DNA of 20,000 nucleotides from IMG/VR virus record IMGVR_UViG_3300032282_003852. One strand, given 5' to 3'. The stretch comes from an uncultured virus (IMG/VR IMGVR_UViG_3300032282_003852). Its lineage: Duplodnaviria; Heunggongvirae; Uroviricota; Caudoviricetes. Shown here piece after piece: positions 1 to 9,032 of the stretch. Numbering within the stretch: position 1 is the stretch's first letter; each line of letters begins with the position of its first letter. Both the position numbers and the translations under genes were made by a program. The notes under the pieces are model-generated. The model was not told the DNA's origin, did not search any database, and worked only from the letters and a program-made list of their open reading frames with translations.

Positions 1-250
1 CAATCCAGTGAGACAGTAGATCCCCATTCCCCTCCCTTGGCGGCCCGTCTTGTACTTGGGGGACGTTGAGGTTCACGCAATCGAATAGAACTCTGACTCT
101 ACCTCTATTCTGAGGGTCATCAACATCTTTTACAACTCCTCTTACAGTTCCCCTAGGTAAACCAGCAGATCTGGCGTGAGTTTCTGCTACTGAGCAGAAC
201 GTTGCGATCTTTCTAACTACCGGAATGTCTTTAGGATCGAAGTATGCCAT
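1..250 (-). CDS. Baseplate spike protein (gp5/gpV/VgrG-type OB-fold), N-terminal part; runs off the window edge
   Basis: Manual translation from ATG at 250 (TAATG overlap with the upstream stop): MAYFDPKDIPVVRKIATFCSVAETHARSAGLPRGTVRGVVKDVDDPQNRGRVRVLFDCVNLNVPQVQDGPPREGNGDLLSHWI... The G.V.dv.DP...GRVRV.f...S.WI pattern is typical of the spike OB-fold. Not in the ORF track. Confidence 0.8.
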   Translation of the reverse strand, partial: MAYFDPKDIPVVRKIATFCSVAETHARSAGLPRGTVRGVVKDVDDPQNRGRVRVLFDCVNLNVPQVQDGPPREGNGDLLSHWI

Positions 251-648
251 TATCTAACAAACTTGAGTTGATTCTTTGAGTGTTTTTTCTTGTCGTTGCC
301 AGACTGTGACTTTTTGATTTCATTGGGTTTGCTCGGCTTCTTAGGTTGACGCACGGGGGTCACCTTTTTCTCCGGTTCAATGACGATCTGGGCCTCGGCT
401 TCGCTGACGGCTTCACTCACCTCAACTGGTGATTCAATCTCCTCAGTTTCCTCCGTATTCTCAGTGCCCTCAACTACGTCAATCTCTGGCACCTCCTCAA
501 ACATTTCCTCTGTGTTCTCAAAACCCTCGGTATTCTCAGTGCCCTCAACTACGTCAATCTCTGGCACCTCCTCAAAACCTTCATGGTCTTCCGCAGTATC
601 TGCAATACTGGCAGTACCTTCAACAACGGACTTTTTTCTTCTAGGCAT
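250..648 (-). CDS. Hypothetical low-complexity protein, Glu-rich with a basic C-terminus and an internal duplication
   Basis: 132-aa ORF in the structural operon, translationally coupled to the spike gene; FEEVPEIDVVEGTENTE occurs twice. Confidence 0.75.
   Translation of the reverse strand: MPRRKKSVVEGTASIADTAEDHEGFEEVPEIDVVEGTENTEGFENTEEMFEEVPEIDVVEGTENTEETEEIESPVEVSEAVSEAEAQIVIEPEKKVTPVRQPKKPSKPNEIKKSQSGNDKKKHSKNQLKFVR
455..576. repeat. 47-bp perfect direct repeat (455-501 and 530-576; period 75 bp)
   Basis: GTATTCTCAGTGCCCTCAACTACGTCAATCTCTGGCACCTCCTCAAA is present twice, in frame within the 132-aa ORF. Confidence 0.95.
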
Positions 649-672
649 GGCGAAAATGAATTGTGATAAGTT

Positions 673-3531
673 TTACCCGAAAGTAAACACGGCCTCTTCT
701 GCGGCGGAAAGGTCGGCAGCAAAAAATGCGTAGCCTACCTTAAAATGATTGGCATCTACTGACCCTGACTCCTTGTCCATTAGGCAAGTTTGAGGAAACT
801 TATAGATGCTGGAGTCCCAGATTGGTGGGTCAACGGGATCCAGAGTCTCAGACACGATGTCATTCACCACGTGCCCTGTGACAAATGAGCAATCCGCCGC
901 TCGGAAATACTCCCCCTTCCAGTCTCCGTACCCTCTCCCCATTGGCGCAGAAGTGTCAGCTCTACGCTCATGTAGGGCGTCATACTCTACAATATCTGCT
1001 TCTGAGAAGGTATCGTAAGGTAGGTCAAATGACGGAAGGAGAGCAGCATTCTCATAGTCCTCTACATTTACAAAGTATGGTAAAGCTGTAGAGTAGAGGT
1101 AAGGCTCTGAGTATATGATGTTGGAAGGGGGTAGCCCTTGCCTGAATAGAAAGACCTCCTCGTAAATCTCTGGTTTTGATTCCTGAGATGGGCATGACAT
1201 GTCTTCTGGATAGCTAGGGGATCCCCAGTAGCCAAAGTCTTGGCAAATCAGGTTTACCTTCTGCCAATTTACCCCATTTCTTTGGAATGACGGGGCTAGT
1301 CTAATGAAGTACCTCTCCCAGCTTAGACTTAGGGGACCTGAGTTTGCATCAGCAACCAAGGCGTTAGGGTAGTTGAGCCTTGTGTAGGCAGAGTTGTCAT
1401 CTGTGCAGTACATGGGGTAGTCCTTCATCACCCTGAGCAAGGTCTCACTGTCACTCACGTTGGGGGACATGTAATACTGAAGGCCACTAAATACTAACTC
1501 AGAAATGTCTCGGAAAAATGAAGTTGTTAAGGAGTCAGATATAGTAATTAGGGGGTAACTAACCATTCCGCTATAGTTTCTTGGAACGTAACTAAACTCA
1601 AATTTCCCTGTGGTAGGGTGTATCGTATAAGAAAACTGGAAGTCATTAGTTAGATGGTTTACCCCGTCTGTTAGCAAGGTACCGTCGCAATAGACCAGAA
1701 TGGTGCCAAACTCAATGACGGATGGAGGCGGCCCAGTTACATTCCCGCCATTGACGTTGACCCAGTCCCCCTTCAGCTCCCACTCAAACGTTATAGTGTT
1801 GTACTCCCACCTATTGTAGTAGAAAATGGAGGCCGTTCGTGTGGGCACGTTAGGGTTGCTATAATCCCAAACCATTTCTCCTTCCACAGGGTTATCATAA
1901 TCCAGAGAACTTTGAAATAGCCGTGTGTCCCCTATGTACTTAAGCTCAGACGGGGGGGAGAGATACCAACTTCCGTCATTTTCATACTTCATTAACAGGG
2001 TGTTATAGTTACCTGATACAGTGATGCTCAGGTTTCTAACTGTGTAACTCCCTTCCGATGGGCTTAAACCGTTTGAGTCGATAATGGATGTCTTTACGTT
2101 GGGGGGCAGAGCCTGGCTATCGGAAGCAAAATCTCCAACATTGTTGTAAATGAACTGTAGCGGAAACCACCCTGTAGCCCACCTCGGCCTGAACATTATA
2201 ACCTGACCAGGAGATGTTAAAGGGGTGGTAATCCCCAATACATCGTCCAAAGCATCTAAACCAGAACAGTCTGTAATCTGAACAATGTCCCCAACTGAGA
2301 AGTCATCTGTGTAGTCTCTAAACCCCGAAACATTGGGAAAGATATAATCTGGGAACAGACTTTGTTCCTCATTTGACGAGTAATCTACCTCCACCCAGGG
2401 CCCACAGTTGAAGGAGTCGTCCACATGTAGAGAGAACTTGCCTGTTTGAGAGTTCCACCACACTTGAGACTTACGGGTTATGGGGGGTGGCAAACTATTC
2501 ACCTGCGTCTGTTGTTGGTACACAGAGTTCAGGAGAATGTCAAAGTCTATGTCCCTTGTTACGGGCTGCAAATACAGAGACTTTCTCTCGTCAAACCCAT
2601 GTAAGGACAAAGAGTCAAAGGTGAAGTGAAAAGGTAGGAATCCCCCCTTATTCCCCCAAACCCCGGTAAACTGCTCTATTTTATTTTTGGTTACCCAGTC
2701 AGATGGGTCGGACCATGTAGCAATGGACACGACGAGGGAAGAACCCTCATAGTCTAGCTTAGCTGAAAGTTCTGTGTTCTTTTTGGAAGACTCGCAGGGA
2801 ACATCAATGTACCACGTTTCGGAAACAAAGTCGTAGGTAGGGGCAATAAATATGACCTTGTTAAGGTCATCATATATGATGAGTTTTACAGGTAGATTGA
2901 AGTAGTAACGTGAACCTGCGTACAGGGTATTGAAGACGTACGGAAGAGTTTTGCCAGTGTCGTATAGGGGGTACAAGGTTATCTTCTCACCCTCGATGCC
3001 ACACAAGAAGCTCCTATCTGCTGAAACTCCTGCATCCTTTCTTACGAAGGGTGAGGGGATGACCGAAGGGGCTATTACCCTAAGCTGCAAACCAGTCGAT
3101 ATATCAGATAGGAATTGGGTCGGAATAGAATCAAAAGTTATTACTAAAGTGTCACCATCCTTTGTTACTGAAGAGGGCGTGTACTCGTATATCCCTACGT
3201 GGAAGACTTGCCCCTCGGAAATGTTCGAGTCATATTTTATGATAACCTCGTTACTCCAGTTCCTAATCTCTAGTATTTCCGGGTAAATGAACCCGCTATA
3301 CACACCAAAAGACCCCGTTAAAAGCTGTCTCTTTTGATCTATGGAGGCGTTAAAAGAGTCCCAATAGTTATCCCCCCTCCACCCCAAAAGCTGGCCTATC
3401 CAGTTCATTTGGGCGGGAATCCTTATGTTGGCATCTATAATCTTACCTACCTGTGTAGAGTTAAAGAAACCTTCGGTATCTCCCCTAAGCTCGTAGTTAT
3501 TGACGTTAAAGTCTGGGGAATAAATAGCCAT
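673..3531 (-). CDS. Large virion structural protein (tail/baseplate associated)
   Basis: 952-aa ORF between baseplate genes. Aromatic/acidic beta-rich composition, tail-fibre-like WWNSQTGKFSL...WVEV motif and an internal duplicated module (FPDYIFPNVSGF..ITDCSGL / LQFIYNNVGDF..IIDSNGL). Confidence 0.6.
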   Translation of the reverse strand: MAIYSPDFNVNNYELRGDTEGFFNSTQVGKIIDANIRIPAQMNWIGQLLGWRGDNYWDSFNASIDQKRQLLTGSFGVYSGFIYPEILEIRNWSNEVIIKYDSNISEGQVFHVGIYEYTPSSVTKDGDTLVITFDSIPTQFLSDISTGLQLRVIAPSVIPSPFVRKDAGVSADRSFLCGIEGEKITLYPLYDTGKTLPYVFNTLYAGSRYYFNLPVKLIIYDDLNKVIFIAPTYDFVSETWYIDVPCESSKKNTELSAKLDYEGSSLVVSIATWSDPSDWVTKNKIEQFTGVWGNKGGFLPFHFTFDSLSLHGFDERKSLYLQPVTRDIDFDILLNSVYQQQTQVNSLPPPITRKSQVWWNSQTGKFSLHVDDSFNCGPWVEVDYSSNEEQSLFPDYIFPNVSGFRDYTDDFSVGDIVQITDCSGLDALDDVLGITTPLTSPGQVIMFRPRWATGWFPLQFIYNNVGDFASDSQALPPNVKTSIIDSNGLSPSEGSYTVRNLSITVSGNYNTLLMKYENDGSWYLSPPSELKYIGDTRLFQSSLDYDNPVEGEMVWDYSNPNVPTRTASIFYYNRWEYNTITFEWELKGDWVNVNGGNVTGPPPSVIEFGTILVYCDGTLLTDGVNHLTNDFQFSYTIHPTTGKFEFSYVPRNYSGMVSYPLITISDSLTTSFFRDISELVFSGLQYYMSPNVSDSETLLRVMKDYPMYCTDDNSAYTRLNYPNALVADANSGPLSLSWERYFIRLAPSFQRNGVNWQKVNLICQDFGYWGSPSYPEDMSCPSQESKPEIYEEVFLFRQGLPPSNIIYSEPYLYSTALPYFVNVEDYENAALLPSFDLPYDTFSEADIVEYDALHERRADTSAPMGRGYGDWKGEYFRAADCSFVTGHVVNDIVSETLDPVDPPIWDSSIYKFPQTCLMDKESGSVDANHFKVGYAFFAADLSAAEEAVFTFG

Positions 3532-3563
3532 TTACTAACAAATTCTTAAATGAACTTTACCCG

Positions 3564-4865
3564 TCAATACTCCTGGTAAGCCGGGTCGGGGCATTTATCA
3601 AAGTTTAGTATCACGTCGCTCTCAGCCAAACCGACATACTCACCGACCATTGCAGTTTGGGGATTCATCCACGTCTGCGGGTAATTAGAAACTTGACCAT
3701 ACAGGTAGATTAAGTTGTTATCCCAAGTCCTGGTCAACCAGTCGGCTATGGGCTCGTAGCTAGTATTTACTATTTCCCTTATGTCTTGAATGCCCTCTAC
3801 TATAAAGGCAGAGTTAACGTCCACATAAGCTAACTTACATAAGACAAGTGGAACCTCTTCCCCCAGACTGTTGGTGAACTTTGTAGGAATGGCATTGACC
3901 GGGTAAGCCACTAAGTCAAAGTTGGTATAGGCCGTTGCTGGTTTTTTCATCTGGGTCACGGTGCCAGTGACAAATACATTGCTTATGGATACCCTAGGGT
4001 CAGACCACTCTACTTTCCAACCCTTGCAAACAGGGGGCTCATCTAAAGTGAATTTATAGTATTGACCGCCGGAATCTTCCAAAACAGAGACTGTCTCCTC
4101 AAACGTCCATTCAGGGGTCTGACAAAAAGCCTCACCTTCATCGGGACAAGTCATGTAGGATAGGGTGGCTGTTCCCGTTAGGGTTGTGTTTGAGGGGCAC
4201 CTGAGGAGGATTTCTGAGAATGCGCACGGTAACGGCAGTTGCCAGCTAAGGGTGGCATCTTGACTGTAAGACGGGAATAACCCGTCATAGTTACTCCAAT
4301 ACCTATCACTCTGACCTAAAAAGGCATATTGCGGAGTGTATCTCCACCCTAATACGTTGTCAGTATTGCTACGAATGTCCATTGTAAACCCGCTCAAAGG
4401 CATCCCGGTAACGGAATACTGGGCCTGTATCGGGGAGTCGTCGTAATAAAGTTGATAGGCAAGAAGGTATTTAGCACTGCCCATACCCAGAAGTTCTAGG
4501 TCTATGACTACAGGTATCGTGGGCAGCGTGCCGTATTCCCAAACAATATTACCACCTTGTATGACCAGATACTTGTTATCTCCAGACGTTTGCACATACA
4601 TGGACCCAGACCCTGTTCGTGCCCCTCCGTAAGGAATGTAAGTGTAGGCTAGGTTGTTATCATAAGAAAAGTTTACTTTGTACCTTTCTGAGGCTGATGG
4701 CAACCTGTCATAAACCGGCCTTCCACCCACTCTCCACTCTGTCGGAATGGGTTCCAGCCTTTTGACCTCAGCGTACTGCCTAGATAGGAACTTCCCAAAC
4801 TTAGGGGCAGAGTTGGTTACAATAGTCTCCCTGCCACCGTTTATTGAACTCTGATTTTGACTCAT
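3564..4865 (-). CDS. Putative baseplate wedge/tail protein
   Basis: 433-aa ORF overlapping the baseplate-J stop (ATGA). Its position after J and the RPVYDRLP...IADWLT motifs recall wedge partners of J; the central region looks like a beta-sandwich. Confidence 0.55.
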   Translation of the reverse strand: MSQNQSSINGGRETIVTNSAPKFGKFLSRQYAEVKRLEPIPTEWRVGGRPVYDRLPSASERYKVNFSYDNNLAYTYIPYGGARTGSGSMYVQTSGDNKYLVIQGGNIVWEYGTLPTIPVVIDLELLGMGSAKYLLAYQLYYDDSPIQAQYSVTGMPLSGFTMDIRSNTDNVLGWRYTPQYAFLGQSDRYWSNYDGLFPSYSQDATLSWQLPLPCAFSEILLRCPSNTTLTGTATLSYMTCPDEGEAFCQTPEWTFEETVSVLEDSGGQYYKFTLDEPPVCKGWKVEWSDPRVSISNVFVTGTVTQMKKPATAYTNFDLVAYPVNAIPTKFTNSLGEEVPLVLCKLAYVDVNSAFIVEGIQDIREIVNTSYEPIADWLTRTWDNNLIYLYGQVSNYPQTWMNPQTAMVGEYVGLAESDVILNFDKCPDPAYQEY

Positions 4866-7800
4866 AGTGCTAATGTCCCCTCTCTATAGTTGGGTGGAGA
4901 AAACTGGAAGGAGGTCCCCGTGTACCAGGATAGCTCAGGGGATTCCACCAGGGACTGGGTATTTTCCCAAACGTAAACGATTCTCTGGTTTTTGTTATTT
5001 CCCATCATCGTGTCCTTGGGAATGATGGTTATTTGGGCCACACCGAGTTTGATGGAGGAGGTTTCATCTCCGAACTGAGGGAGAACAGGCTCCTCGCAGA
5101 CGTACTTAGTAACAAACCTCAGCAAGTTTCCGGTGAACTCTTCATAACGACAGGAGTTAGTCTTTTGAGACCCAGACCAACTGGTTACAGTGGTCGGAGG
5201 GGTGAAGGCCCTCATTACCCTGTAATAGTTTCTTCCGTCAATGTCTATTAAGGTGTCTTCTGCGAAATCTGAGTATAGTGGATTATAGTATGGAATTGAT
5301 CCCTCGTAAGACTGGCTTCCAACCTCTGAGAACGATGTTTCTACGAATATTTTGTTGTTGTAGTATACCTCGAAGTTGAACAAGGGGGTTACAGATGAGG
5401 TGGCGGTGTATGACTGTATTTTGCTCCCATTACGGAAAAAAGTCTTGTCCCCCTTAAAGAAAGTGAACATTCTGACAGGAGTTGTCAGAGGGTTTTGGTT
5501 ATCTGCAAGAATGCTGGAGACTGAGAGGACTAGACCCACGCCAGCTCCACCAAGGAAGGCATTACTTATGGTTAGAGAATCAGAGACTCTGTAGTCTTTC
5601 CCTCGATCGTTAACCGACACGTAGGAGACGACCCCTCCAGACACAATAACATTAGCTGTAGCCAATGTTCCGTAACCACCCACCAGAGGCACGTCATAGT
5701 AAGTCCCGTTAGTATAACCTGAACCTCCAAAAACAATAGAAAGCTTTTCTATCTGCCCAGAGTAACCGCTCTTTACCTCAGAAGTGAACTGTGCAAATAA
5801 GTCGGGAGTGGGTGCCAAGTTGATAACTAGTCCCTCGTCAAGGAGATCCTGTACTTGATTGGAGTCGGGGGTGAAGGGTAGGGCCGCCATGTAATAGCTG
5901 GGATCGCTAGAGGATGATTCCCTATACTCCAGGTACTGACCACAATCAAATCTAGGTTTATACTTGCAGATGGGCAAACCCCCATTCCCGTCAAAAACAA
6001 TAACTTCATTGATTATTCCTTCCCCAACCAGCGAATCAAAGTAATTGCTTATAGTTTCAAGATTGGGGCTATACGTAAATGACGATACCACGTAGGCATA
6101 CTTGACAACAGCACCTTTTAGAATGTCAACATAGTAGTAGTTGGGGTCTATTGCGGGGTTAGGTCCGCTACCTACCTGGGGTGTGTAAACCCAGGTTCCA
6201 GCCGTATAGTTATTCCCTGGAGTTAGCTCATAAGTGGTGATTGGGGCACCTAGCTTGAACGAAGCCTGGGCACCGGTTATGTCATTAGACGCAGGCTGAA
6301 GGGTGAAGTTTTGAGAGACTAGCCAAACTAAGGCACCTGGTCGATTGTTAAGGGGTACTGAGGTTGGTGTGGCGGGTACAAACTCATTACTAGTGTAATC
6401 ATACTCTATGATTTCTGGGTCTATGATACCATTCAATGAGTATTGATAGTAGTTTCCCACTGACCATGGGCTGTATGTTTTTACACTAGATAGCTTACCA
6501 GCCTGTATAGCCAAGATTATGTCCGATGGGTTCAGCAATGAGATATTCTCTAAAACTACGTGAAGACCTTGCTGAGCATTGTCTAAAGACCCGTCGTAGT
6601 AAACCACGTCCCCCAGCTCAAAGTACCCTGTTGTAGCATACTTGATTTGCTTAAGAACTATGTTTCCGTAGATGGTTTGGTCGTACTTATCCGTTGAGTA
6701 GGGGGTGAAGTCCGACAGAACTGGGTAGAAAGAGGGGTTCGGGGAGTCCACTTTAACAAGATCATTTACAGATAGCAGGTTATCAGCGGGGGAGAACTCA
6801 TAAACGTTAGTGTAGGTTGCGTACTCTTTGGCCAGGGAGTTGGGAGTGTTGTAGGCGGAAGAACTTACAATGTGAGGGTCAATGAACCTTGTGTTTGCGG
6901 AGAAACCTGAGTAAAACGCTGCGTCTATATCACTAACAGTAGGGTTTATTGTGGCCGGAAAGACTGAGTTGGGTTGAAGGACAGAGAACAGTAAGTTTCT
7001 AAAATTTAAGGAACTTTGCTTAAAGTTTGATCCAAAACTCCCGTTTGGGTTTACTTCAACGGTAAGGTCATACTGTACCTGACTCAAGGTTATGGGGAAC
7101 AGGTGTCCTTGGTTCTCGATAGGTACCGAGAAGTTAACGGCGTTTTGACCTACCTTGAGCTGCTCTTCGGTCAGCTCTAGTCCATTTGCCCCTAGAACAA
7201 AAAATGAAACCTGGCCATTAGGCAAGGAGTAGTCAGTCTCATAGCTATAAGCGGCTTTGCTAGAGCGGTTAGGTTGGACAGAAGTTATCGTCCCTACTCC
7301 GTAAAGATCAATAAAGAAGTCCTGCCAGTCTGTCTCACTAACAGGATTCTTCCTCCTTATCAAAGTGAAAAATCTTTCTTGAACTTGTTGGAAAGATTCT
7401 ACATCGCTTCCCCCAACAGCAGGCTTAGGGTTTACAACTGATAAGGTTACATTGCTGGTGTTTGCGGCATTCGTAATGGATTTAGAGGGAGCATTATAGA
7501 GAGACCCCACGTACTTAGAAAAAACTGAAACCTTCCCTTCAGATTCCCCTGCGGGTATTACAAGATCTGTGTAGGAAATGAACTCGAAACTCTGGCCCCC
7601 AGTCTTCTGCGAGTCTGTGAAAAAAGAGGAGCCAGCAGGAACCACTACCGCTGTATCCCTGGGAACTGTTGTTACAGTTAGTTGAGCCGTGGCAGGAGTT
7701 CCCAACCTCCTCATGGCTCCCAGGAAGGGGCCGATCCACTCGATAAGGATTTTGTCCGGTAGTTGGTTTGCCCAGTATAGAAACTCCCCTTGGGCAAAAG

Positions 7801-7957
7801 CTTGCCCCTCAAGTAAAGCCGCTAGAGGGTTTCCAGCACTGAAGTCATTAAGGGCTTTGTTGGACGCCTCATAGACAACTTGAGCCGATCTCTGAACCAG
7901 ATCAGCTTCGTTTCTAGGGTCGATGGAGACCGAAGGAAGGGGTGAATACCTGGGCAT
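4862..7957 (-). CDS. Baseplate J-like (wedge) protein with long C-terminal extension
   Basis: The N-terminal ~350 aa has J/gp47-family motifs (DPRNEADLV, DFSAGNPLAALLE, LGAMRRLGTPATA, AVGGSDVES, RRKNPVSETDW); 1031 aa in total. Confidence 0.85.
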   Translation of the reverse strand: MPRYSPLPSVSIDPRNEADLVQRSAQVVYEASNKALNDFSAGNPLAALLEGQAFAQGEFLYWANQLPDKILIEWIGPFLGAMRRLGTPATAQLTVTTVPRDTAVVVPAGSSFFTDSQKTGGQSFEFISYTDLVIPAGESEGKVSVFSKYVGSLYNAPSKSITNAANTSNVTLSVVNPKPAVGGSDVESFQQVQERFFTLIRRKNPVSETDWQDFFIDLYGVGTITSVQPNRSSKAAYSYETDYSLPNGQVSFFVLGANGLELTEEQLKVGQNAVNFSVPIENQGHLFPITLSQVQYDLTVEVNPNGSFGSNFKQSSLNFRNLLFSVLQPNSVFPATINPTVSDIDAAFYSGFSANTRFIDPHIVSSSAYNTPNSLAKEYATYTNVYEFSPADNLLSVNDLVKVDSPNPSFYPVLSDFTPYSTDKYDQTIYGNIVLKQIKYATTGYFELGDVVYYDGSLDNAQQGLHVVLENISLLNPSDIILAIQAGKLSSVKTYSPWSVGNYYQYSLNGIIDPEIIEYDYTSNEFVPATPTSVPLNNRPGALVWLVSQNFTLQPASNDITGAQASFKLGAPITTYELTPGNNYTAGTWVYTPQVGSGPNPAIDPNYYYVDILKGAVVKYAYVVSSFTYSPNLETISNYFDSLVGEGIINEVIVFDGNGGLPICKYKPRFDCGQYLEYRESSSSDPSYYMAALPFTPDSNQVQDLLDEGLVINLAPTPDLFAQFTSEVKSGYSGQIEKLSIVFGGSGYTNGTYYDVPLVGGYGTLATANVIVSGGVVSYVSVNDRGKDYRVSDSLTISNAFLGGAGVGLVLSVSSILADNQNPLTTPVRMFTFFKGDKTFFRNGSKIQSYTATSSVTPLFNFEVYYNNKIFVETSFSEVGSQSYEGSIPYYNPLYSDFAEDTLIDIDGRNYYRVMRAFTPPTTVTSWSGSQKTNSCRYEEFTGNLLRFVTKYVCEEPVLPQFGDETSSIKLGVAQITIIPKDTMMGNNKNQRIVYVWENTQSLVESPELSWYTGTSFQFSPPNYREGTLAL

Positions 7958-7968
7958 GGTGTGTTATC

Positions 7969-8448
7969 TCAGTATGTTCCGTTATCAATGACTAGGGTAT
8001 CAAATTGGTCTACCAGTACCCCCTTAGTAATGACGTCGTTGTCTGTTAAGGCTTGGTACTTATCTGCAACAGATGGAGGATAGACCCCATTCGCATACTC
8101 ATATTTTGCGTTTGTTAGGTAGCTTAAGGGGGCATTGATACCGTTACCATCATCTATGGATGGGTTTTGGTCTGGATCGAAACCAAATGTTACCTTACCT
8201 GTAAATACTTTATTACCCGAGATTGGGTACCCGGTGATGTAAATACCTGCGGAGGATAATCCGGGCTGATCAGTCCCTAAAGTCACGTACCGGGAGTCTA
8301 AACCATTCGGCCCCTTCAGAATCAAGGATTCTAACCCCAGGGGGTTATAGTGCCAATCCAAGTCTTGACCGTCAAACCTAATCTCCTTAGCACCATTCAA
8401 CCATGCACTTGTTACGATGACTCCGGTGCTGAACGTCGTCTTTGCCAT
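7969..8448 (-). CDS. Virion-associated protein (tail-fibre-like N-terminus)
   Basis: 159 aa; MAKTTFSTGVIVTSAWLN resembles N-termini of phage fibre/structural proteins; ends in IDNGTY; lies in the structural operon. Confidence 0.55.
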   Translation of the reverse strand: MAKTTFSTGVIVTSAWLNGAKEIRFDGQDLDWHYNPLGLESLILKGPNGLDSRYVTLGTDQPGLSSAGIYITGYPISGNKVFTGKVTFGFDPDQNPSIDDGNGINAPLSYLTNAKYEYANGVYPPSVADKYQALTDNDVITKGVLVDQFDTLVIDNGTY

Positions 8449-8508
8449 ACTCTAGCGAATCTCATTATGCTGTTTACTTTTACCCCCACCATCATCTAAG
8501 TCGGTAAT

Positions 8509-8533
8509 AAAAAAGCCCCGCCGAAGCGGGGCT
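8509..8533 (-). terminator. Rho-independent terminator after the tail tube gene
   Basis: Minus strand AGCCCCGC-TTCG-GCGGGGCT (8-bp stem, C(UUCG)G loop) followed by a U-tract (TTTTTTATT). Confidence 0.92.
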
Positions 8534-8555
8534 GGTTATTAGGGTTGTATGGAAA

Positions 8556-8999
8556 TCAGGTTCTGTCCCAAGAGTTGACTGTAAACTCTACCTCAATTTC
8601 CTGGACGTCGCCGCTTTCACGATCGACTTCAGCAGTGTTAATTGAGACGAACCTACAACCGTAACAAGTGTATAGACCACCTGCCGGAGCAGAGCCGTTA
8701 CCGATACAGTCCTTAGGAGTGATAGTAATGGTGATCTCTTCACAGTTATAACTGAGCCAGAATTTCTCAAGCTGCTTGTAGATCGTGGGATCGTACGGGG
8801 CAGTGAGAGTGACGTTATCCGCCTTTCTGGGACCTACCAAGTGGTAGAGCCTGTTACCTGTACCATTGGCGTATTCGCTGCTATCTGAGGAATCCTTGAT
8901 TCCGCTAAATTTTGTGAACGTTGCTATCAGTGTTGGACCGCCTGGGGCTACAAAGGACACTTCGTATTGTGACTTTGTAATCGGACTGAGGATAGCCAT
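8556..8999 (-). CDS. Tail tube protein (contractile tail, gp19-like)
   Basis: 147 aa, strong SD (TAAGGAGG). FTKFSGI...YANG...LVGPRKADNVTLTAPYDP...Y.CYGC......VDRESGDVQEIEVEFTV matches the tube-protein layout. Confidence 0.8.
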   Translation of the reverse strand: MAILSPITKSQYEVSFVAPGGPTLIATFTKFSGIKDSSDSSEYANGTGNRLYHLVGPRKADNVTLTAPYDPTIYKQLEKFWLSYNCEEITITITPKDCIGNGSAPAGGLYTCYGCRFVSINTAEVDRESGDVQEIEVEFTVNSWDRT

Positions 9000-9032
9000 G
9001 TGAGCACCTCCTTATTGGTAATTCCTTCCTTA

